This document shows positions 59,359 through 64,000 of a stretch of 64,000 bases of DNA, one piece after another (the stretch's first letter is position 1; the number at the start of each line of letters is the position of its first letter). This DNA is from an uncultured Nitrososphaerota archaeon (lineage in GTDB: Archaea; Thermoproteota; Nitrososphaeria; Nitrososphaerales; Gagatemarchaeaceae): positions 64,001 to 128,000 of the forward strand of contig CAVRAG010000007.1 in the NCBI GenBank assembly GCA_963718895.1. Reading direction: 5' to 3'. Made by a program: the position numbers and the translations under genes. The notes beneath the pieces were generated by a model, which did not search any database, was not told the DNA's origin, and worked only from the letters and a program-made list of their open reading frames with translations.

Positions 59359-60237
59359 TTATGAACCGCGGTCCATGATCGGAGGCGGAGAGACGGGGGG
59401 CGCGGCGGGCGACCTCGCGGCGAGGATGTTCGAGGAGTATATCCCGACGAAGATTAGGACCACCCCGCCCAAGGTGATGTAGCTCGGTATCACGCCCGTG
59501 GTGGCGACCGAGTAGATCAGGGTGATGATCGGCGCGAGGAAGATGAGCGTGGTGAGCCTGCCCACCTTCTCGACCTTCACAAGCGCCATCCAGATGTAGA
59601 AGTTCAGCGCCCCGGAGACGAGGCCGAGGAAGGTGACATCGATCGCGAGGTCTGCCGAAGGCCTCAGGGTGAAGTCCGTCACCGAGAACGCGCCGTAGAG
59701 CAGGAAGCTGATGAACGAGGCCGTCGCCAGCGTCTGGACGGTGTTCTGGGTCCTCAGCTTCCGCATCAGCACCGAAAAGAGGGCCCAGAAGAAGGCGTCC
59801 GCGAGAGTGAGGACGACCCCCAGCGTGGTCGAGGTCCCCGAGAGGAGCGGGACGTTGAAGAGCACTATGCCCGCGAACCCTACGACCGAGCCGTAGACCT
59901 CTAGCCCGCGATCCGCGCTCGTTCAGGACCCAGACCGCGAGGGGATCACGAAGAGAGGCATCGAGAACGAGATTATCGCAGACTGCGGGGGAGAGATGTA
60001 GTTCAGCCCGTAGAGCCAGGAGGCTCCGCTCATCCAGTAGATGACGGAGAAGACGAGCGTTCCTCTGTTTAGGACCAGCCCGAATCCCCTGTTGAGCGCG
60101 AAGAAGGCGACGCAGGTGAGGAGTGTCGTCATCGCGCCGAAGACGAAGGGGGAGGCGGAACCTAGAGCGTCCTTGGCGAGGAAGTACTGGAACGCCGTTA
60201 TGAGGATGTAGGGGACGATGAGCCTCGCAGGCGCCAA
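59359..60237 (-). CDS. EamA/DMT transporter; frameshifted near 59900-59940
   Basis: Two hydrophobic halves (..SAIISFSMPLF / LIFLAP..GGV.LI..G) in different frames. Confidence 0.8.
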
Positions 60238-60533
60238 GACCCGGCCTTGCGATTCAAACGTAATTGAACCTTGCCGGGCCAGGGGACGACTTTCTGGGTT
60301 CCGAGCGCGGGGAGCGGTCGACCAAGGAGGCGTCCGCGCAGGGCGAACAGGTAGGCCGCGAGGGCGGTGCCGACCAAGGGCGGCCACTGGAGAAAGTTCA
60401 GGGGGGAGGACCGCGATCGCGATCAGGAACCCGAGCGCGCCGGCCGGCACTTCGGAACATGTAGCGGTTTCTGCACGGGGTTCCGTCGGGTGGGGGAATC
60501 ATTAAAGAACGCTCCGGGACGGATGTTCGCAGG

Positions 60534-61319
60534 ATGCCCGGGAGACTCGAAGGGAAAGTAGCACTCATCACCGGAGGTTCGAGGGGGATCGGCAAGGCAA
60601 CGGCGCTGCTTTTCGCCGCCGAGGGGGCCAGCGTCTGCGTCAACTTCAGGGACGGGGCCCAGGAGGCAGCAGGGGTGGTCAGGGAGATCGAGTCGTCGGG
60701 AGGCGAGGCGATCTCTATCAGGGCGGACGTGGCTGAGGAGGCGGAGGTGGTCTCGATGGTCGAGGCCGCCGTCAAGAGGTTCGGCAGGGTCGATATCCTC
60801 GTGAACAACGCCGGGATACTGAGGCAGGGCGACCTGTTCACCCTCAGGGCGGAGGACATCGACGCTATGCTCGGAGTGAACGTCAAGGGTCTCATCTACT
60901 GCACTAGGGAGGTGGGCAGGCACATGCTCGAGCAAAGGTACGGCAAGGTCGTGAACGTGGCAAGCAACGCGGCACTCGGCACGGCATTCAAGGGGACCAC
61001 CGGCTACGCGCTCACGAAGGCGGCGGTGCTCCTCCTGACCAAGAGGTTCGCTCTCGAGTTCTCCGGCGCGGGTATCACCGTGAACTGCGTCTCCCCGGGC
61101 TACACCGAGACCGACATGACGATGAAGGGGAAGACGAAGAAGCAGTTCGAGGACGCCGTCGCGGACGTGTCAGGGAGGGCCATGCTCAAGCGAGTCGCCA
61201 AGCCGGTCGAGATCGCCAGGGCCATACTGTTCCTGGCGAGCGACGAGTCGAGCTTCACGACCGGGACGACGCTTGTGGCCGACGGCGGAAGGATCGACTA
61301 CCTGTCCCACGGCTTCTGA
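60534..61319 (+). CDS. SDR-family oxidoreductase (FabG-like)
   Basis: TGGSRGIG, NNAG, YALTK. Confidence 0.93.
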   Translation: MPGRLEGKVALITGGSRGIGKATALLFAAEGASVCVNFRDGAQEAAGVVREIESSGGEAISIRADVAEEAEVVSMVEAAVKRFGRVDILVNNAGILRQGDLFTLRAEDIDAMLGVNVKGLIYCTREVGRHMLEQRYGKVVNVASNAALGTAFKGTTGYALTKAAVLLLTKRFALEFSGAGITVNCVSPGYTETDMTMKGKTKKQFEDAVADVSGRAMLKRVAKPVEIARAILFLASDESSFTTGTTLVADGGRIDYLSHGF

Positions 61320-61406
61320 GGACGCGCCCTCCCCAACCACAGGAGGGGCGAGGCGGCATCATCCCCTGTGTCAGATTCGCCGAGGGCGCACGGGAGACAG
61401 CCTAGG

Positions 61407-62327
61407 TCAGAGCTGAGGGAGCGAGCCTATCCCTTCTCTGATCGTCTCGACGCCCTTCATGAACTGTGCCTTCTCCCCTTCGTCGAGAACCAGCTCGTAG
61501 ACCTCCTCCACGCCCTTCGCTCCCAGCATCAGAGGAACGCCGATGCAAAGACCACCCACGCCGTACTTTCCGTCGAGGAAGGAAGAAGCAGGCAGCACCT
61601 CGTGCCTGTCGAGGCGACCGCCTTCACCATCCTGGCGATCGCGTTTCCGGGGGCGTCGACTGTCGCGCCCTTCTTGGAGATCACGTCGATGGCGGCCTGT
61701 CGGGTGCTCCGGATCGTCTCCTCGATCTCCTCTCGTCCGTCGAGGATCGACGTGAGGGGGACGCCGCCGATCGAGGTGTACCTCGCCAGCGGGACCATGT
61801 TCTCGCCGTGCTCCCCTATGACGAGCGCCATGATCGACGACCGGGAGACGCCCAGCTTGAGCGAGAGGACGTGCTTGAACCTCGAGAGGTCCAGGACTCC
61901 ACCCATGCCGACGACCCGGTTGACCGGGAACCCCGTCGTCTTCTGGACGACGTAGTTCATCACGTCCATCGGGTTGGTGACGGTTATGGCCACGCGCGTC
62001 CGGGGCGTGCTTCGCGACCTCCTTCGCCACGGACGCGACTATCCCGGCGTTCTTGCCAAGCAGGTCCATCCTCGTCATCCCGGGCTTCCGGGCGAGGCCG
62101 GCTGTGATGACCACGACGTCCGCGCCCGCGCATGCTCGAGAAGTCGGTGGAGCCCCGTGACCGTAGACGTCGACCCCCGCCTCCGAGAGTTTGTGGCAGA
62201 TGTCCAGCGCCTCGCCCTCGGCGAGGCCGGGGACGATGTCCACCAGTACGAGGTCGTCAATGCCCATGGAGGCGACCTCGAGCGCGGCCTGGGCGCCCAC
62301 CCGTCCGGCTCCTAGGAAACCGATCAA
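61407..62327 (-). CDS. mdh: LDH-like malate dehydrogenase; several indels
   Basis: GAGRVG, TAGLARKPGMTRMDL, VTNPMD, LDLSRF, GEHGE (middle part in ORF 61529-61993). Confidence 0.92.
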   Translation of the reverse strand: MIGFLGAGRVGAQAALEVASMGIDDLVLVDIVPGLAEGEALDICHKLSEAGVDVYGHGAPPTSRACAGADVVVITAGLARKPGMTRMDLLGKNAGIVASVAKEVAKHAPDARGHNRHQPDGRDELRRPEDDGVPGQPGRRHGWSPGPLEVQARPLAQAGRLPVVDHGARHRGARREHGPAGEVHLDRRRPPHVDPRRTRGDRGDDPEHPTGRHRRDLQEGRDSRRPRKRDRQDGEGGRLDRHEVLPASSFLDGKYGVGGLCIGVPLMLGAKGVEEVYELVLDEGEKAQFMKGVETIREGIGSLPQL

Positions 62328-62405
62328 GCTTATCGGGGCGGGGGAGGTCTGTCTGGGGATAAAAGCGAGACTGGAAGAGGTCGGATCGGTAAGGTCCTGC
62401 CGGGC

Positions 62406-62696
62406 TCAGAGCCGGAGACCGAACGACTGCGCGAAGTCCTCGAACTGGATGTAGGCATGGAGGAAGCTTATGCCCTTGTCGCTGATATCTTGTACTTTGC
62501 GTTCTTCTCCAGCGTCATTCTTCGAGCAGGAGCCCGCGCCCACGAGGTCCACTATGAGCTTGGTCATCCTGTTGTAGGAGACGTTACCCTTCCTCAGCAG
62601 GGTCGTGATCCCGACGCCCTCACCTGCGGTGTTCATGTCCCTGGCGGTCACCAGGATGTCCGCGATTATCTTCGTCTGCGTTCTATACTGGGGCAT
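62406..62696 (-). CDS. Winged-HTH DNA-binding protein
   Basis: YRT..IIADIL...T.LLRK.N.SY...ISDKG..FL. Confidence 0.8.
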   Translation of the reverse strand: MPQYRTQTKIIADILVTARDMNTAGEGVGITTLLRKGNVSYNRMTKLIVDLVGAGSCSKNDAGEERKVQDISDKGISFLHAYIQFEDFAQSFGLRL

Positions 62697-63321
62697 TCCA
62701 CCCACTCTTCTTATTGAAAGTAACTTCAGGACCGGAACGAATAGCGTAACAAGTCCAACTTCCTTCATAAAACTGCACTATGTTAACATGAGCCCGTCTG
62801 GGCTCACGAGCGAGACCCACCAGCCTCCGGCTATGCACGGCGAGGCCGCAGGCGATCAGAAGCGTGTTGGGATTCCTGTTCTTTGAGTAGGCGAAGAGCG
62901 TCTCGACGACCCCGTAGAGGATGAAGTAGAAGGAGAGGCTCGTGAGGACCACGACGAGGCTGGTCTGGTTTATCGCCATGAGCGGGAAGAGCGCGAGCAT
63001 AGCTCCCATCCTCTTGTCGAAGAAGACGTCGAGCATGTGCGAGAATGCGAGGAAGAAGTACCCGGCGGTCTCCAGGAAGAGGCCGGCTATCAGGAGGGTG
63101 GCGAGCGAGACCTCAAGGCCTGGGATCACGTAGAGGGAATTGAACTGGTAGAGCCCTTCGAGGAGGAAGCCGGCCCCCAGGAAGACGAACGCGGCAGCGA
63201 GCCGGAGCAGCGACGAACTGTTTGTCTGCCGCACCCCCTTGTAGGCGACGAGCGCAATGGAAAAGGCTACAAAGGCCCCTATGAACTGAAGGACATTCTC
63301 CATCAGTAGTAGACCTTGCAT
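62683..63321 (-). CDS. Multi-pass membrane protein (6-7 TM); 3' part disrupted by indels
   Basis: Repeated TM-AY..-TM units; overlaps the wHTH start. Confidence 0.7.
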   Translation of the reverse strand: MQGLLLMENVLQFIGAFVAFSIALVAYKGVRQTNSSSLLRLAAAFVFLGAGFLLEGLYQFNSLYVIPGLEVSLATLLIAGLFLETAGYFFLAFSHMLDVFFDKRMGAMLALFPLMAINQTSLVVVLTSLSFYFILYGVVETLFAYSKNRNPNTLLIACGLAVHSRRLVGLAREPRRAHVNIVQFYEGSWTCYAIRSGPEVTFNKKSGWNAPV

Positions 63322-63522
63322 CGCCGGCTCGCAGGAGTGCGCGCCCGGCTCTTCTATAAAAGTCTGATGTAGACTTCCTCCACATCCCGCAGGGGTGGGA
63401 GGCCCGGGTCCGCTCTTCTAGGGACAGAACGGCGTCGGGACGTGCAACCGGACTGACTCCCTATGCCGAATCGTCTGGAGAGGCGACCCTTGAAGGTTTG
63501 GAAGACCGAAAGTGCATAAACG

Positions 63523-63531
63523 TTAAATATA
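63523..63531 (+). promoter_or_regulatory. TATA box of tfb
   Basis: TTAAATATA preceded by an A-rich BRE-like sequence. Confidence 0.55.
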
Positions 63532-63577
63532 TCTGACCGACCTCGCCGGCCGATTAGTCCTTTTCGGTGCAATTGCG

Positions 63578-64000
63578 ATGTCATCTGAACGAGACTTCTC
63601 GAGACTGATGAGGTTGCAGAGGGCGTTGGACAAGTGCCCGAGGTGCGGGAAAGGCCCGATGGTGGTGGACAACGCAACGGCGGCGAGCTCGTCTGCAGCA
63701 ACTGCGGGTTCGTGGTCAAGGAGAAGATCGAGGAGACAGGGCCGGAATGGAGGGCGTTCTCGAAGGAGGAGAAGGACGACAGGTCCAGGGGCGGCATCCC
63801 CGACCTCGATAGCGATGCACGACATGGGGCTGGCCACGGTCATAGGCGGGGTCAACAAGGACGCCTCTGGCAAGTCGCTCTCGGCCTCGATGAAGGCGAC
63901 GGTGGAGAGGCTCAGGACGTGGGACAGCCGGAGCCAGGTCCACGAGCCGATGGACAGGAACCTGAGGCAGGCCTTCAGCGAGCTCGACAGGCTCTCGGAC
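63578..64000 (+). CDS. tfb: Transcription initiation factor IIB, 5' part; frameshift near 63678
   Basis: CPRC...GELVCSNCG Zn ribbon, GPEWRAF, HDMGLAT.I, RNLRQAF.ELDRL. Confidence 0.95.
   Translation, partial: MSSERDFSRLMRLQRALDKCPRCGKGPMVVDNATAASSSAATAGSWSRRRSRRQGRNGGRSRRRRRTTGPGAASPTSIAMHDMGLATVIGGVNKDASGKSLSASMKATVERLRTWDSRSQVHEPMDRNLRQAFSELDRLSD

Noticed and set aside
60260-60460. Short hydrophobic minus-strand frame upstream of EamA
   Set aside because: Broken and short; at best a gene remnant, and not part of EamA
1-64000. tRNA, rRNA, CRISPR arrays, IS elements
   Set aside because: No T-loop/cloverleaf, periodic repeat-spacer pattern, transposase motif or terminal inverted repeats seen by eye; small ncRNAs cannot be excluded without a covariance-model search

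Overview
GC-rich archaeal chromosomal segment. TFB, archaeosine TGT, L38e, an SmAP3-type Lsm, PAC2 and TATA boxes about 25-30 nt before start codons suggest a TACK archaeon, probably a non-ammonia-oxidising Nitrososphaerota relative (inference). The left half (~3.2-33.8 kb) is a ~30 kb cyclitol/sugar-acid catabolic island. It holds an iolJ-like/iolD/iolC/iolB operon, a DegT-type aminotransferase, 4 Gfo/Idh/MocA and 4 Zn-MDR dehydrogenases, 3 F420-type LLM enzymes, 2 TIM-barrel isomerases, 2 enolase-superfamily dehydratases, and AKR, SDR, G1PDH-like and M24 genes. The right half is mostly housekeeping. It also carries a polyphosphate operon (sixA-ppx-two tandem thymidylate-kinase-like genes-CHAD) flanked by a CBS/Zn-ribbon gene and a KaiC/GvpD-like ATPase. 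Many single-base frameshifts, denser towards the right end and present in tgtA, mdh and tfb, are probably assembly errors. I found no rRNA, tRNA, CRISPR array or transposase. All family calls come from motif recognition, not from database searches.
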